Counted from the stretch's first letter, positions 1 to 10,172 are shown. The stretch: 64,000 nt of DNA from Verrucomicrobiaceae bacterium (GCA_051252135.1 JBPOGH010000006.1:1-64000), one strand, 5' to 3'. The notes: generated from the letters alone by a model not told the origin. Numbers and translations are program-made.

Positions 1-96
1 GGCTTTTGGTTGGGGGGCTTTTGGATGGGGGGGCTTTTGGATGGGGGGGCTTTTGGATGGGGGGGCTTTTGGATGGGGGGCTCTTGGTTGGGGGGC
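1..96. repeat. G-rich tandem repeat, unit ~GGGGGGGCTTTTGGAT (15-16 bp), about 6 copies, truncated at window start
   Basis: Six G6-7 tracts separated by 9-nt CTTTTGGAT/CTCTTGGTT spacers; related to the linkers at 56002-56190 and 63195-63332. Confidence 0.9.
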
Positions 97-176
97 AGGG
101 GTGGGGAGTTTTGATTTTGACTTTGGTGAGTCGTTTGTTGGGTTTTGACCAAGTAGAGCTAGGCGAGGGGGCTGAA

Positions 177-644
177 ATGGGTCAGGTATGGGGGGTGGTT
201 GATCCCTATCAGTCTCCTCAAGCCGAGCCGTTGGTTACTCCGGGTCCTGCGCAGAAGCGGGTGGGGATTGCGGCGTTGTGTTGGTATGCGATGCCCATTT
301 TTGGGCTTGGGATTGGGGCCGTTCTAATGATGAGAGTATTTGGAAGGTTGGCTGATGACGGGAGTGCGGATCCTTCGCGGCTTACGGGGGATATTGCCCG
401 AGTTTTGTTGGTGATTGCTCCGAGTGTTGTGTTGGGGCTGGTGGGGGCGATGAAGGTTGGGTTGGTGATTTGGAGAGGCGAGTGCTGCAAGAGGTGGTTT
501 TTTTGGACGAGCCTGATGTTATCGGGGATCTATTGCTTTTTGCTGTTTCCCTTCGGGCTTCTTGTGGGAGGAGGGGTCATCGCGATGCTTTTGAGCAGGC
601 GGGGGCAATTTGAATGGAAATCGGCCAAGGGGACGGGGGAGTGA
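177..644 (+). CDS. Hypothetical membrane protein (N-terminal DPYQSPQ motif, 3-4 hydrophobic segments)
   Basis: ORF 6..644; its 5' part translates the repeat, so the start was moved to ATG 177 (uncertain). Confidence 0.6.
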   Translation: MGQVWGVVDPYQSPQAEPLVTPGPAQKRVGIAALCWYAMPIFGLGIGAVLMMRVFGRLADDGSADPSRLTGDIARVLLVIAPSVVLGLVGAMKVGLVIWRGECCKRWFFWTSLMLSGIYCFLLFPFGLLVGGGVIAMLLSRRGQFEWKSAKGTGE

Positions 645-733
645 AGAGGTGAATCCGGGGTTGCTTCGGGGGAATCTCTGATTAGGTTGCCTGCGTGAGC
701 GGTTGCGGTTCCCGGCAAAATTTTGGTCCCCGG

Positions 734-1651
734 ATGAAGATGGATGCGTCCCTTCATCTGGAGAAGAAGCCTGATTGGATTAAGGTGAGGCTTCCGAACA
801 ATCCGGTGTTTTGGGATACGAAGTCGATGATCCAGGATTTGAGTCTGGTGACGGTGTGTGAGGAGGCGCAGTGCCCGAACCGTTGGGAGTGTTGGGGTCA
901 GGGGACGGCGACGTTTATGATCGCGGGGGAGAAGTGCACGCGGGCGTGTGGATTTTGTGCAGTGAAGACGGCGAAGCCGGATGCGCTGGAGGCGGATGAG
1001 CCGCAGCGGGTGGCGGAGGCGACGAAGCGGATGAAGCTGAATCACGTGGTGATCACGGCGGTGGCGCGGGATGATCTGGACGATGGAGGGGCGAAGCATT
1101 TTCAGGAGACGATTCAGGCGGTGCGTGAGACGAACCCGGGAATCATCATTGAGGTGTTGGTGCCGGACTTTAATGACAAGGATTGGGCGCTGGATCTGGT
1201 GATGACGGCGCGTCCGCACATTTTTAATCACAATCTGGAGACGGTGGAGCGTCTGACGCCGCTGGTGCGGAGTCGGGCGAAGTATGAGCGGTCGCTGGCG
1301 GTGCTGAAGAAGGCCAAGGAAATGGCCGATGGCAAGGTGGCGACGAAGAGCGGAATTATGCTGGGGCTGGGTGAGCGCCCTGAGGAGATTGAGCAGGCGA
1401 TGGATGATCTGCGGGCTTCCGATGTGACGGTGCTCACGCTGGGTCAGTATTTGCGTCCGACGCCGATGCACCTGCCGGTGGTGGAGTATGTCACGCCGGA
1501 GAAGTTTGCGGAGTGGAAGGAGATCGCGTTGGCGAAGGGTTTCCGCCATGTGGCGAGCGGTCCTTTGGTGCGGAGTTCTTATCACGCGGCTGATTTCAAG
1601 CCGGAGGAGGATGTGCTGGAGGCGATTGAGGCGGATCTGGCGGGCGTTTGA
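734..1651 (+). CDS. lipA: Lipoyl synthase
   Basis: CEEAQCPNRWEC and CTRACGFC Fe-S motifs; C-terminal VRSSYHA. Confidence 0.97.
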   Translation: MKMDASLHLEKKPDWIKVRLPNNPVFWDTKSMIQDLSLVTVCEEAQCPNRWECWGQGTATFMIAGEKCTRACGFCAVKTAKPDALEADEPQRVAEATKRMKLNHVVITAVARDDLDDGGAKHFQETIQAVRETNPGIIIEVLVPDFNDKDWALDLVMTARPHIFNHNLETVERLTPLVRSRAKYERSLAVLKKAKEMADGKVATKSGIMLGLGERPEEIEQAMDDLRASDVTVLTLGQYLRPTPMHLPVVEYVTPEKFAEWKEIALAKGFRHVASGPLVRSSYHAADFKPEEDVLEAIEADLAGV

Positions 1652-1781
1652 TGGGTGAGCGGGGGGCGAATTCTGTCTTTTTGATCGGGGAGATCTTAAA
1701 AGCGGAAGTGAAAGATTGACTCTTGATGTGTCGTTTTCGACAGTGGGTCGGACGTGTGTGGTTCATGGTCCATTGAGTGTT

Positions 1782-3134
1782 ATGAGTAAGTTTATCCCTA
1801 TTCAGGAGTGGAACCGGAAGTTTCAGAAGGAGGCTCAGGAGAGTGCGGGTGGGGGAAGGGCGGTGCTGGCATTGGCACGGGAGGACGGGACTTGTTTTCG
1901 GGAGGAATTTTGGCTGTTTGGGCATGAGGGGGAGCGGCGGGGTGACAATGAGCGTTATGTGGAGCGGGTGTTGAAGACGCTGCTGTGGATGAAGGGGGGA
2001 TCACGGGTTCATTTTTGGGGAGCGGAGGAGTTGGTGGGGTATTTGGGGTCGGTTTTTTCCTGCGAGGGGAGGAGGCATTTTGATGCGGATTTTATGGGGG
2101 CGAAGTTATCGGGTGAGTCGATGTCCTTTGAGTGGCATGAGAGTGAGGAATCGTTGCCGCGGGATCGGGTGGGGGTGAACGGGCTGGGGAGGAATTTGAA
2201 GGGGTGCCGGATTGGTTTTGATTTGGGAGGGTCGGACCGGAAGACGGCGGCGGTGATCGATGGGGAGGTGGTTTTTTCCGAGGAGGTGCCCTGGGATCCT
2301 TACTTTGAGAGTGATCCGAATTATCATCTGGAAGGGATCCGGCATTCGCTGAAGCGGGCGGCGGAGCATCTTCCACGGGTGGACGCGATCGGGGGATCGG
2401 CGGCGGGAATTTATGTTAACAACGAGGTGCGGGTGGCGTCGTTATTTCGCGGGGTGACCGATGGGGCGGTGTTTAATGCGGAGGTGCGCCCGATGTTTCG
2501 AAAGTTGAAAGAGGAGTGGGGCGGGGTGCCCTTTGAGGTGATCAATGACGGGGATGTGACGGCGTTGGCGGCGGCGATGAACTTCGGGATTCACTCGGTG
2601 CTGGGGATCGCGATGGGGACGTCGATGGCGGTGGGTTATTGTGACCCGAAGGGGCAGTTGACGCCGGGGATCAACGAGTTGGCTTTTGTGCCGGTGGATG
2701 GAGGTCCGGATGCTCCGCGGGATGAGTGGTCGGGTGACCGGGGGTGCGGGGTGCAGTATTTTTCCCAGCAGGCGGTGGCGCGGCATGCGAGGGATCTGGG
2801 GTTTGACTTTGGGGAGATGCCTTTTCCCGAGCAGTTGGTGGAGGTGCAGAAGCTGATGAAGGAGGGGAATGGGAAGGCGCGGGTGATTTTTGAGCGGATC
2901 GGGAGTGATCTCGGGCACGCGTTGGATCACTATGCCGACTTTTATGAGATCGAGAATCTGCTGCTGCTGGGGCGGGTGACCTCCGGCGAAGGCGGTGAGG
3001 TGATGATTGGGAAGGCGAAGGAGACGCTGGCGAAGGAGTATCCGGAGCTGGCGGAGCGGGTGTCCTTTGTGGTGCCGGACGAGACGATGAAGCGTCACGG
3101 GCAGGCGATCGCGGCGGCCTCGCTGCCGAAGTGA
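1782..3134 (+). CDS. ROK family sugar kinase-like protein with long N-terminal extension
   Basis: GFDLGGSDRK, VINDGDVTALA and GIAMGTSMAVG ROK motifs. Confidence 0.85.
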   Translation: MSKFIPIQEWNRKFQKEAQESAGGGRAVLALAREDGTCFREEFWLFGHEGERRGDNERYVERVLKTLLWMKGGSRVHFWGAEELVGYLGSVFSCEGRRHFDADFMGAKLSGESMSFEWHESEESLPRDRVGVNGLGRNLKGCRIGFDLGGSDRKTAAVIDGEVVFSEEVPWDPYFESDPNYHLEGIRHSLKRAAEHLPRVDAIGGSAAGIYVNNEVRVASLFRGVTDGAVFNAEVRPMFRKLKEEWGGVPFEVINDGDVTALAAAMNFGIHSVLGIAMGTSMAVGYCDPKGQLTPGINELAFVPVDGGPDAPRDEWSGDRGCGVQYFSQQAVARHARDLGFDFGEMPFPEQLVEVQKLMKEGNGKARVIFERIGSDLGHALDHYADFYEIENLLLLGRVTSGEGGEVMIGKAKETLAKEYPELAERVSFVVPDETMKRHGQAIAAASLPK

Positions 3135-3152
3135 GCACCGGGAGGTCGTTTT

Positions 3153-4286
3153 TTATGCGAGCATCTCGCGGATGTGCGGGGTGTAGAGCTCGGGTTCGAG
3201 GAGGAAGGAGTCGTGCCCTTTCATGGAGTGCACGGTGATGTGCATGGTGGGGACCTCGGCGGCTTCAAGGTGGCCAACGGTCTCGGCTTGTTCTTCGGGG
3301 TAGAAGCAGAAGTCCGAGTCGATGGAGAAGATGAGGAATTTTTGTCCGGCGTCCCGGCAGCGGGCGAAGAGGTCTTCGGGTGAGTCGGCCTGGCCTTCCT
3401 TGATAGCATCGTAGCGGGACCACATGTCAATGATGCGGAGGTAGGTGTTGGCGTCGAAGCGCTCGGTGAATTTTTTTCCCTGGTGGAGCATGTAGCTCTG
3501 GAAGGTGTCGCGGACCTGGAACCAGGAGAGCATTTCTTCCTCGTGGACAAGATCACGGCGGGCGCGTTGCTCGAAGGTGTCGAGGTGGACGAAGGTTTTG
3601 TGGGAGATCATGCGGGCCAGGGCGAGGCCGATGCGGGGGGAGTTGGTGTCGTAGTAGTCGCCGCCGTTGAAGTAGGGGTCGTTCTCGATGGCGAGGATTT
3701 GTTCGAAGAGGATGAGCCGGTTGAGGACGGTGGTTTTGAAACCGGAGGCGATGGGGATGACGTTGGTGACGCGATCCGGGTAGCGGGTGGCGAGGGTGAG
3801 GGCGAGGAGTCCGCCGACGGAGGGTCCGACGACGGAGTGGAGCCGGTCGATGCCGAAGTGGTCGAGGAGGGGGATGTTGGCGTCGACGAGGTCGCTGGCG
3901 TTGAGGTGGGGAAAGGTGGAGCCGAAGGGCTTGCCGGTTTCGGGATTGATGGAAGCGGGTCCGGTGGATCCGTAGCAGCCGCCGAGGTAGTTGGTGGAGA
4001 TGACGAAGAAGCGGTCGGTATCGATGGCCTTACCGGGGCCGACGATTTCCTCCCACCATCCCTGGTGAAGTTCTTCGGTCCAGAGGTCGCATCCTTCGGG
4101 AGAGGAGGGGTGGGAGCCGGTGAGGTGGTGGGTGCCGGAGAGGGCGTGGAAGACGAGGATGGCGTTTGATTTGTCCTGGTTGAGGGTGCCCCAGGTGGAG
4201 TAGGCAAGGTGTGCGCCGGGTACGGAGCCGCCTTCCCGGAGAGTCAGGTCGCCGAGGGGAAAGAGGGAGGTGGAGGTTTCGCTCAC
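3153..4286 (-). CDS. metX: Homoserine O-acetyltransferase (MetX family)
   Basis: HALSG, NYLGGCYGSTGP, nucleophile elbow GPSVGG, RFDANTY, GHDSFLLE. Confidence 0.92.
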   Translation of the reverse strand: MSETSTSLFPLGDLTLREGGSVPGAHLAYSTWGTLNQDKSNAILVFHALSGTHHLTGSHPSSPEGCDLWTEELHQGWWEEIVGPGKAIDTDRFFVISTNYLGGCYGSTGPASINPETGKPFGSTFPHLNASDLVDANIPLLDHFGIDRLHSVVGPSVGGLLALTLATRYPDRVTNVIPIASGFKTTVLNRLILFEQILAIENDPYFNGGDYYDTNSPRIGLALARMISHKTFVHLDTFEQRARRDLVHEEEMLSWFQVRDTFQSYMLHQGKKFTERFDANTYLRIIDMWSRYDAIKEGQADSPEDLFARCRDAGQKFLIFSIDSDFCFYPEEQAETVGHLEAAEVPTMHITVHSMKGHDSFLLEPELYTPHIREMLA

Positions 4287-4381
4287 GGGGGGATTGAAAG
4301 GGGAAACGGGGGACTTTGAAACCTTAAACCTTCTTGGGATGGAAGACTTGCGGGGATTGGGGAGGGGGGATAAAGAGGGGG

Positions 4382-4852
4382 GTGATTGCTTTTAAAGAAT
4401 GGGATGTGGTGTGTGAGGCGCTGGAGGACGGGCGTCAGGATGTGATTTTACGCAAGGGGGGGATTCACGAGGGGCGGGAGGGGTTTTCCTTTGCGCATGA
4501 GGAGTTTGTGCTGTTTCCGACGCGATTTCATGCGCAGGGCGATTTTGTGACGGTGCCGGGGGTGGTGGCGAAGCCGGAGTGGGAGATTGGGGAAGAGGTG
4601 GTGATCACGAGCAGGGTGAAGGTGACGAAGGCGGTGACCTTGACGGATTGGGAGGAGGTGGCGAAGCTGGCGGATCGTCACATCTGGAAGGAAGAGGTGA
4701 TCCGGGATCGGTTTTTCTGGGAAGGAAAAGGGATGGCTTCGGGGAGCATCCACGCGGCTTACGTGGAGATTGAGAAGCTGGCGGAACCGATCCGGTTTGG
4801 CTACGCGAAGAAGTACGGCGGTTGCCGTAGTTGGGTGGAGCTTGACCTTTAG
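4382..4852 (+). CDS. DUF1802 family protein
   Basis: AFKEW...LRKGGIHE...LFPT.FH and C-terminal GGCRSWVEL. Confidence 0.88.
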   Translation: MIAFKEWDVVCEALEDGRQDVILRKGGIHEGREGFSFAHEEFVLFPTRFHAQGDFVTVPGVVAKPEWEIGEEVVITSRVKVTKAVTLTDWEEVAKLADRHIWKEEVIRDRFFWEGKGMASGSIHAAYVEIEKLAEPIRFGYAKKYGGCRSWVELDL

Positions 4853-4861
4853 GGCCCTCTG

Positions 4862-5818
4862 TTAGAGGGCGTCGACCTGGTAGCCGGCTTGCTCGAGGGC
4901 GAGGGTGGCGGCTCCTACGATGCCGGCTTCATTGCCGAAGCGGGCGGGGAGGATGCTCAGGTTTTCCTTAAAGGGGCCGCTGAGTTGGCTGCGGAGGCAC
5001 TTGTCGAGCGGGTCGAAAAGGGTGGGGCCGGCTTTGGCGACACCGCCTCCGATGATGATGGCTTGCGGGTTGAGGAGCCAGCAGCAGTTCATGATGGCGG
5101 TGGAGAGCTTGGCGGCGACGTCATCCCAAATTTTGAGGGCGATTTCGTCCCCCTCCCGGGCGGCGGTGGAGAGGTTGGCGGGGGTGCAGTCCTCCTCGGT
5201 TTTGGTGATGCCGGCGGCGGCGTAGAGTTTGACGGAATCTTTGGCGATCTCGCGGTTGCCGATGTAGTCCTCGAGAGCTCCGAGGTTTCCGTAGGCGCCG
5301 GGTCGTCCGGCGTAGTGGATGGAGGTCTGTCCGAGTTCACCGGCGACGGATTGGGCACCGCGGACCATCCGGTTATTGACGACGAGGCCTCCGCCGACTC
5401 CGGTTCCGAGGGTGAGGGCGACGAGATCGGTCATGCCACGTCCGGATCCGCGCTTCCATTCGGCGTAGGCCATGCAGTTGGCGTCATTTTCCGCGGTGAC
5501 GGGGAGTTCGGTGAGTTCCTCGAGGCGGTTCGTGAGAGGGATGCGTTGCCAGCCTTTGACGTTGGTGACGTTGTGAACGAGGCCGGTCTTGAAGTCGACA
5601 AATCCGGGGACGCCGACACCGACGGCGGCGACATTTGGATGGCGTGCCTGAAGGCGCCCGATGACGGCCGCCATTTCCTGAATGAGGCCTTCGGCGTCAT
5701 CGAATTGCTGGGTGTCGATGGGTTGGGCGTCATCGATGACCTCACTGCGAGAAAGGACTCCGGTTTTTACCGAAGTTCCGCCAAAGTCGATACCGATAGC
5801 AAGAGGGGTGTCACTCAT
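4862..5818 (-). CDS. ROK family glucokinase
   Basis: GIDFGGT, ENDANC, LTLGTGVGGG, AGELG. Confidence 0.9.
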   Translation of the reverse strand: MSDTPLAIGIDFGGTSVKTGVLSRSEVIDDAQPIDTQQFDDAEGLIQEMAAVIGRLQARHPNVAAVGVGVPGFVDFKTGLVHNVTNVKGWQRIPLTNRLEELTELPVTAENDANCMAYAEWKRGSGRGMTDLVALTLGTGVGGGLVVNNRMVRGAQSVAGELGQTSIHYAGRPGAYGNLGALEDYIGNREIAKDSVKLYAAAGITKTEEDCTPANLSTAAREGDEIALKIWDDVAAKLSTAIMNCCWLLNPQAIIIGGGVAKAGPTLFDPLDKCLRSQLSGPFKENLSILPARFGNEAGIVGAATLALEQAGYQVDAL

Positions 5819-5859
5819 TCGGGGAAAGGTTAGACAACGATGCGGACCGGTGACACGCC

Positions 5860-6597
5860 TCAATTCGATTTTTCGTGATTTGTGCGACCAATTTGTTGGA
5901 TTCCGGAGAGGGTGAGGTCGGGATCGAGGTGGGAGATTTCAGGGATTCCGCTGGAGATGAGGGAGGCGTCTCCTCCGGTGGCGATGATGGTGGGGGTGCC
6001 TCCGAGCTCGGCGCAGATGGAGGTGAGGATGCCGTGGATGAGGCCGCGGTAGCCGATGACGGCTCCGATCTGCATGGCGTCCTCGGTGCTCTTACCGATG
6101 GCGCTTTTTGGCTCGGAGAGCTGGATGGAGGGGAGGAGGGCGGTGCTGCGGTGGAGGTAGTCGCGGAGGGAGGCGGTGCCGGGGGCGATGGCTCCGCCGA
6201 GGTAGGCACCGGTGGGGGAGGCGACATCGAAGGTGACGGCGGTGCCGAAGTCGATGACGATGGAGGGTGCGCCGTATTTGGCGACGGCGGCGACGGTATT
6301 GGCGAGGCGATCGGCTCCGATTTGTTCGGGGCGGGGGTAGTCGATGGCGATGGGGAGGCGGGAGCGGTGGGAGACCTGGTGGAGGGGGACTTTTAGGAAG
6401 TCCTGCATGATTGCGGCTGCGGCGGGGACGACGGAGCAGAGGGTGGCTTTGTCGAACGAGATGCCGTCGAGCGCCGCGGCGAGGGATTCGGGTGAGATGC
6501 CGGCGGTGGGGATGACGGCTCGCCAGGTGGAGAGGGTGTCCCCCTCATCGAGTGCGAACTTGGTGCGGGTGTTGGAATTGTCGATGAGGAGGTGCAT
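5860..6597 (-). CDS. coaX: Type III pantothenate kinase
   Basis: IDNSNTRTK, IGADRLAN, IDFGTAVT, GGAIAPG, ATGGDA. Confidence 0.95.
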   Translation of the reverse strand: MHLLIDNSNTRTKFALDEGDTLSTWRAVIPTAGISPESLAAALDGISFDKATLCSVVPAAAAIMQDFLKVPLHQVSHRSRLPIAIDYPRPEQIGADRLANTVAAVAKYGAPSIVIDFGTAVTFDVASPTGAYLGGAIAPGTASLRDYLHRSTALLPSIQLSEPKSAIGKSTEDAMQIGAVIGYRGLIHGILTSICAELGGTPTIIATGGDASLISSGIPEISHLDPDLTLSGIQQIGRTNHEKSN

Positions 6598-6644
6598 GGG
6601 AAAAACTCTGAATTCTAGATTTAGAAATTCTAAACCTGGAGAGC

Positions 6645-7022
6645 CTATGGGCGTTCGAGGATTTCGACTTCGTAGCCATCGGGATCGGTGACGAAGGCCA
6701 TCTTGCGATCGCCGGAGGAGAATTTTTCGCGCCAGCCGCCGGGCCAGATTTCGATGCCGTCGTTTTCGAGCTGATCGCAGTAGTCGATGATGCTTTCGAC
6801 GCCGACAGCGGTGTGCATGAGGTCCTCGGGGAATTCGACTTTGTAGTCGGGAGAGTAGGTGAGTTCGAGGAAGTGGTCGTTTCCGGGGAGGTGGAGGAAG
6901 GCGAGTTGGTTGCCTTGGGGGGAGGTTTTTTGTTCGCCGAGCTCGAAGCCGAGTTTTTGGTAGAAAGCGATGGAGGCGGCGGGGTCTGAGACACGGATAC
7001 GGGTATGGAGGAACTTGATCAC
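6645..7022 (-). CDS. VOC family protein (lactoylglutathione lyase-like)
   Basis: LHTRIRVSD...FY..LG, LELTY, AFVTDPDGYEVEI. Confidence 0.9.
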   Translation of the reverse strand: MIKFLHTRIRVSDPAASIAFYQKLGFELGEQKTSPQGNQLAFLHLPGNDHFLELTYSPDYKVEFPEDLMHTAVGVESIIDYCDQLENDGIEIWPGGWREKFSSGDRKMAFVTDPDGYEVEILERP

Positions 7023-7103
7023 GGGCGGAATGTTGGGGTTTTCCGTTTCCGGTGTGAAGTGCGGAGTTGCGGGCGAGGGGTGGAGGGGGTAACTCTTTCC
7101 CCG

Positions 7104-8726
7104 TTGAAATCATTTAGTTGGACTCTGGCGCTGCGGTATTTGAATCCGCTGCGCACTTTCGTGTCGATCATTACGCTGATCTCGTTGTTGGGCGTTTCCT
7201 TTGGGGTGATGGTGTTGATTGTGGTGCTCTCGGTGCATGCGGGCTTTGAGCGGAATCTGAAGGAGATTTTATTGGGTTTTGCGCCGCATGTGCGGGTTGA
7301 GAGTCGATATGGCTCGGGGATTTCGGGATGGGAGGAGCTGGAGCTGGAGCTGGCGAAGGAGCCGGGGGTGGAGGGGGCGTATGCGTTGATTGAGGGTTAT
7401 GTGTTGCTGGATACGAAGGGTTGGCGGCAGCCGGTGGCCTTTCGGGCGATCAATACGGAGAATGAGACGCAGGTGAAGGCGCTGGAGGAGCTTTTGGATG
7501 TGAAAGACTTCCCCGAGAGTCGCGCGGACATGGGATTGGATGAGGTGGCGGTGATTTCCCGGCAGTTGGCTGATGGGCTGGGGCTGCAGGTGGGGGATAA
7601 GCTGCGGCTGTTGGCATCGAGCAACATTGATTCGGTGATGGGGGTTTACCGGGTGTCGCAGCAGGATTCGGCGTGGGACATTTATCAGGATGAGTTGGGG
7701 CCGTTTGAGGAGGCATTGAAGAGTCTGTTTACAGTGGAGGGTGATGAGGAAGTGGTGAAGAGCGATGAGCTGACGGCGGAGTTTCGCAAGGTGCAGGTTC
7801 TTTTGCCGCTTGAGGAGACGGAGGGAGAGCCGATGCGGACGGCGGAGCGGGAGATATTGGAAGAAGTGTTGTTTGGGATCCTGAATGAGCCGGTGCGCAA
7901 GGATGACGGGGGGAATGAGTATTTTGAGAAGGGAACGCAGGGGCGGGCGCTGGCGAAGTTGGCAGAGCTCAAGGAGATCGATCTGGAGAAGGCGGATCTT
8001 GAGGCGTTTAAAGAGATCGAGGAATTTGTGTTGCCGAAAGAGGTGACGGTTTACGGGGTGTACCACGATACGAAGCGGGCCCAGGGTCCGCATGCCTTTG
8101 TGCCGTTGAGTGTGGGTCAGGAACTGAAGGGGTTGGGCGGAATGGTGGAAGCGATCGGGATCCGCACCGAGGATCCCTATCATGCCGATGTGGCGGCGAA
8201 GGAGCTGGCTAAGCGCATGGGAGACGAGTGGTTTGTGAGGAGCTGGATGGATACGCATGCGCAGCAGTTCCAGTTGGTGAAGACGGAGAAGATCATGATG
8301 AGCTTTGCGTTGTCATTCATCACGTTGCTCTCGGCCTTCAGCATCATGGCGGTGATGTATACGGTGACGGTGCAGAAGCGTCAGGAGATCGGGGTGATGA
8401 AGGCGCTGGGGGCGCGGCCGATCCAGATTGTGAACGTGTTTCTTTATCAGGGGTTGATTGTGGGAGTCTGCGGTTCCCTGTTGGGGCTTGGGATGGGGTT
8501 GTTGGCGATTCGGTTCCGCGAGAATATTGTGGATGGGTTGCGGGCGGTGGGGGTTGATCCTTTTCCTCCGGATTTTCATGGGATGACGGAGTTGCCTGCG
8601 CGGGTGATCCCGGATCAGTTGGTGGTGATTTGTGTGGTGGCGGTGGTTCTTTGTCTGTTGGCGGCCCTGGTGCCAGCGATGATGGCGGCCTTTCGGGATC
8701 CGGCCAAATCACTCCGCAATCTTTAA
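7104..8726 (+). CDS. Lipoprotein-releasing ABC permease LolC/E family (FtsX-like), with periplasmic insertion
   Basis: LALRYL, SLLGVSFGVMVLIVVLSV, KRQEIGVMKALGA, FLYQGLIVG, C-terminal DPAKSLR; start uncertain (TTG). Confidence 0.88.
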   Translation: MKSFSWTLALRYLNPLRTFVSIITLISLLGVSFGVMVLIVVLSVHAGFERNLKEILLGFAPHVRVESRYGSGISGWEELELELAKEPGVEGAYALIEGYVLLDTKGWRQPVAFRAINTENETQVKALEELLDVKDFPESRADMGLDEVAVISRQLADGLGLQVGDKLRLLASSNIDSVMGVYRVSQQDSAWDIYQDELGPFEEALKSLFTVEGDEEVVKSDELTAEFRKVQVLLPLEETEGEPMRTAEREILEEVLFGILNEPVRKDDGGNEYFEKGTQGRALAKLAELKEIDLEKADLEAFKEIEEFVLPKEVTVYGVYHDTKRAQGPHAFVPLSVGQELKGLGGMVEAIGIRTEDPYHADVAAKELAKRMGDEWFVRSWMDTHAQQFQLVKTEKIMMSFALSFITLLSAFSIMAVMYTVTVQKRQEIGVMKALGARPIQIVNVFLYQGLIVGVCGSLLGLGMGLLAIRFRENIVDGLRAVGVDPFPPDFHGMTELPARVIPDQLVVICVVAVVLCLLAALVPAMMAAFRDPAKSLRNL

Positions 8727-8732
8727 GAGGCT

Positions 8733-9515
8733 ATGCAGTTTTGGTATATTGAGGACGGAGAAAAAAAGGGGCCATTGGAGGATTATGATTTTCGCGAATT
8801 GATCCGGAACAAGGAGGTCACGGGCGAGACACGGGTTTGGTATGAGGGGGCGGATGGTTGGCAGCCCGCGAAAGAAGTGGATCTGATCAGGGGGGAGTTT
8901 GAGCGGTCGGTGCCGGAGGTGCCCAAGCCGCCTCCGTTGCCAACCCGGATGGGGGCAGGTGAGATGTGGAGCCGGCTTGGAGCGCGATGGTTTGATATTT
9001 GGCTCTATCAGTTCTTTATTCTGTTGATTTTGAGGGCGGGGGGGATTCCGATGTTGCTCTCGCCGGACGTGGAGATTTCGGGCTGGGTGATTGCGGTGCA
9101 TTTTGTGCCCGCATTGTTGGTGGAGGGGATTTTGCTGCATCTTTTCGGGACGACGGCGGGGAAGTGGATCTTCCGGTTGTCGCTGGAGGACGGGAAGGGG
9201 AATCGGCTTGGGTTGGGTGCATCGGTGATGCGATCGATGCGGGTGTGGGTGTTGGGCGTGGGAATGAAGCAGCCGTTGCTGATTGTGTTGGGACATCTTT
9301 TGGCATTGTGGGCGGTGCGGAAGCACGGGGCGCCCTTTTGGGATTTGGTTTTGAAATACCGGGTGAAGATGGGGGTGCTGAGCGGCGGGCGGATTGGGAT
9401 TGCGGTGACGGCTCTGGTCTTGATTCTGGCGGCGAATGTGGTGGTGGTGTGGCCGGAGGTGAAGCCGATGTGGGATGAGGCATGGAATGAAGCGATGGCG
9501 CGGCAGGCTAAGTGA
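8733..9515 (+). CDS. GYF_2 domain + RDD family membrane protein
   Basis: WYIEDGEKKGP...TRVWYEGADGWQPA; RLGARWFD; GTTAGKWIFRL. Confidence 0.85.
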   Translation: MQFWYIEDGEKKGPLEDYDFRELIRNKEVTGETRVWYEGADGWQPAKEVDLIRGEFERSVPEVPKPPPLPTRMGAGEMWSRLGARWFDIWLYQFFILLILRAGGIPMLLSPDVEISGWVIAVHFVPALLVEGILLHLFGTTAGKWIFRLSLEDGKGNRLGLGASVMRSMRVWVLGVGMKQPLLIVLGHLLALWAVRKHGAPFWDLVLKYRVKMGVLSGGRIGIAVTALVLILAANVVVVWPEVKPMWDEAWNEAMARQAK

Positions 9516-9524
9516 CTTGCGGGG

Positions 9525-10109
9525 ATGGGGGGGATGGCTTATCACGGGGGCGTGCCAGGAACTGTTTACTTTGATCTCGAGACCCAGCGGAGCTTTGGGG
9601 ATGTGGGTGGTGCTGCGAACAAGGACAAGATGGGGATGTCCGTGGGGGTGACGTTTTCAACCGAGACGGGGCAGTATCACATTTTTGGGGAGGACGAGGT
9701 GGAGGCGCTGATTGATCAGCTGGTGAAAGCGGAGCTGGTGGTGGGATACAATCATGTGCAATTCGATTACCCGGTGCTGCATGGCTACACGATTTACGAT
9801 TTGGCGGATCAGACGGTGAACTGTGATATGATGCTGAAATTGGAGGAGACTCTGGGTTTTCGGCTGAAGCTGGACTCGGTGGCGAAAGCGACGCTGGGTG
9901 CGGCGAAGACGGCGGATGGTCTGGATGCGCTGAAGTGGTGGCAGGAGTACAAGAAGTCCGGCGAGCTTGGTCCGATGATGAAGATTGCCGAGTATTGTTG
10001 CTACGATGTGAAGGTGACGAAGGAGGTGTATGAATTCGGAAAGAAGAACGGATATGTGGCTTACGATGACCGGGGTGGTCATCGGCAGGAGGTGAAGGTT
10101 GATTGGTAG
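9525..10109 (+). CDS. RNase H-like DEDD exonuclease domain protein (YprB/RNase_H_2-like)
   Basis: YFDLETQ, VGYNHVQFDY, YCCYDVKVT. Confidence 0.82.
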   Translation: MGGMAYHGGVPGTVYFDLETQRSFGDVGGAANKDKMGMSVGVTFSTETGQYHIFGEDEVEALIDQLVKAELVVGYNHVQFDYPVLHGYTIYDLADQTVNCDMMLKLEETLGFRLKLDSVAKATLGAAKTADGLDALKWWQEYKKSGELGPMMKIAEYCCYDVKVTKEVYEFGKKNGYVAYDDRGGHRQEVKVDW

Positions 10110-10117
10110 GAGGACAT

Positions 10118-10149
10118 GAAAAAGGCGCGGGCATTTCTGCCAGCGCCTT
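10118..10149. terminator. Intrinsic terminator between convergent genes
   Basis: A-tract followed by AGGCGC-GGCA...TGCC-GCGCCT stem. Confidence 0.65.
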
Positions 10150-10172
10150 GAAGGTGTTTTGTCCGGAAGTGA

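Noticed and set aside
6..176. 5' extension of the first ORF (GGLLDGG repeats)
   Set aside because: Translation of the G-rich DNA repeat, not a plausible protein segment
4287..4381. SAM riboswitch upstream of metX
   Set aside because: Gap is short and lacks recognisable SAM-I/II/IV core motifs
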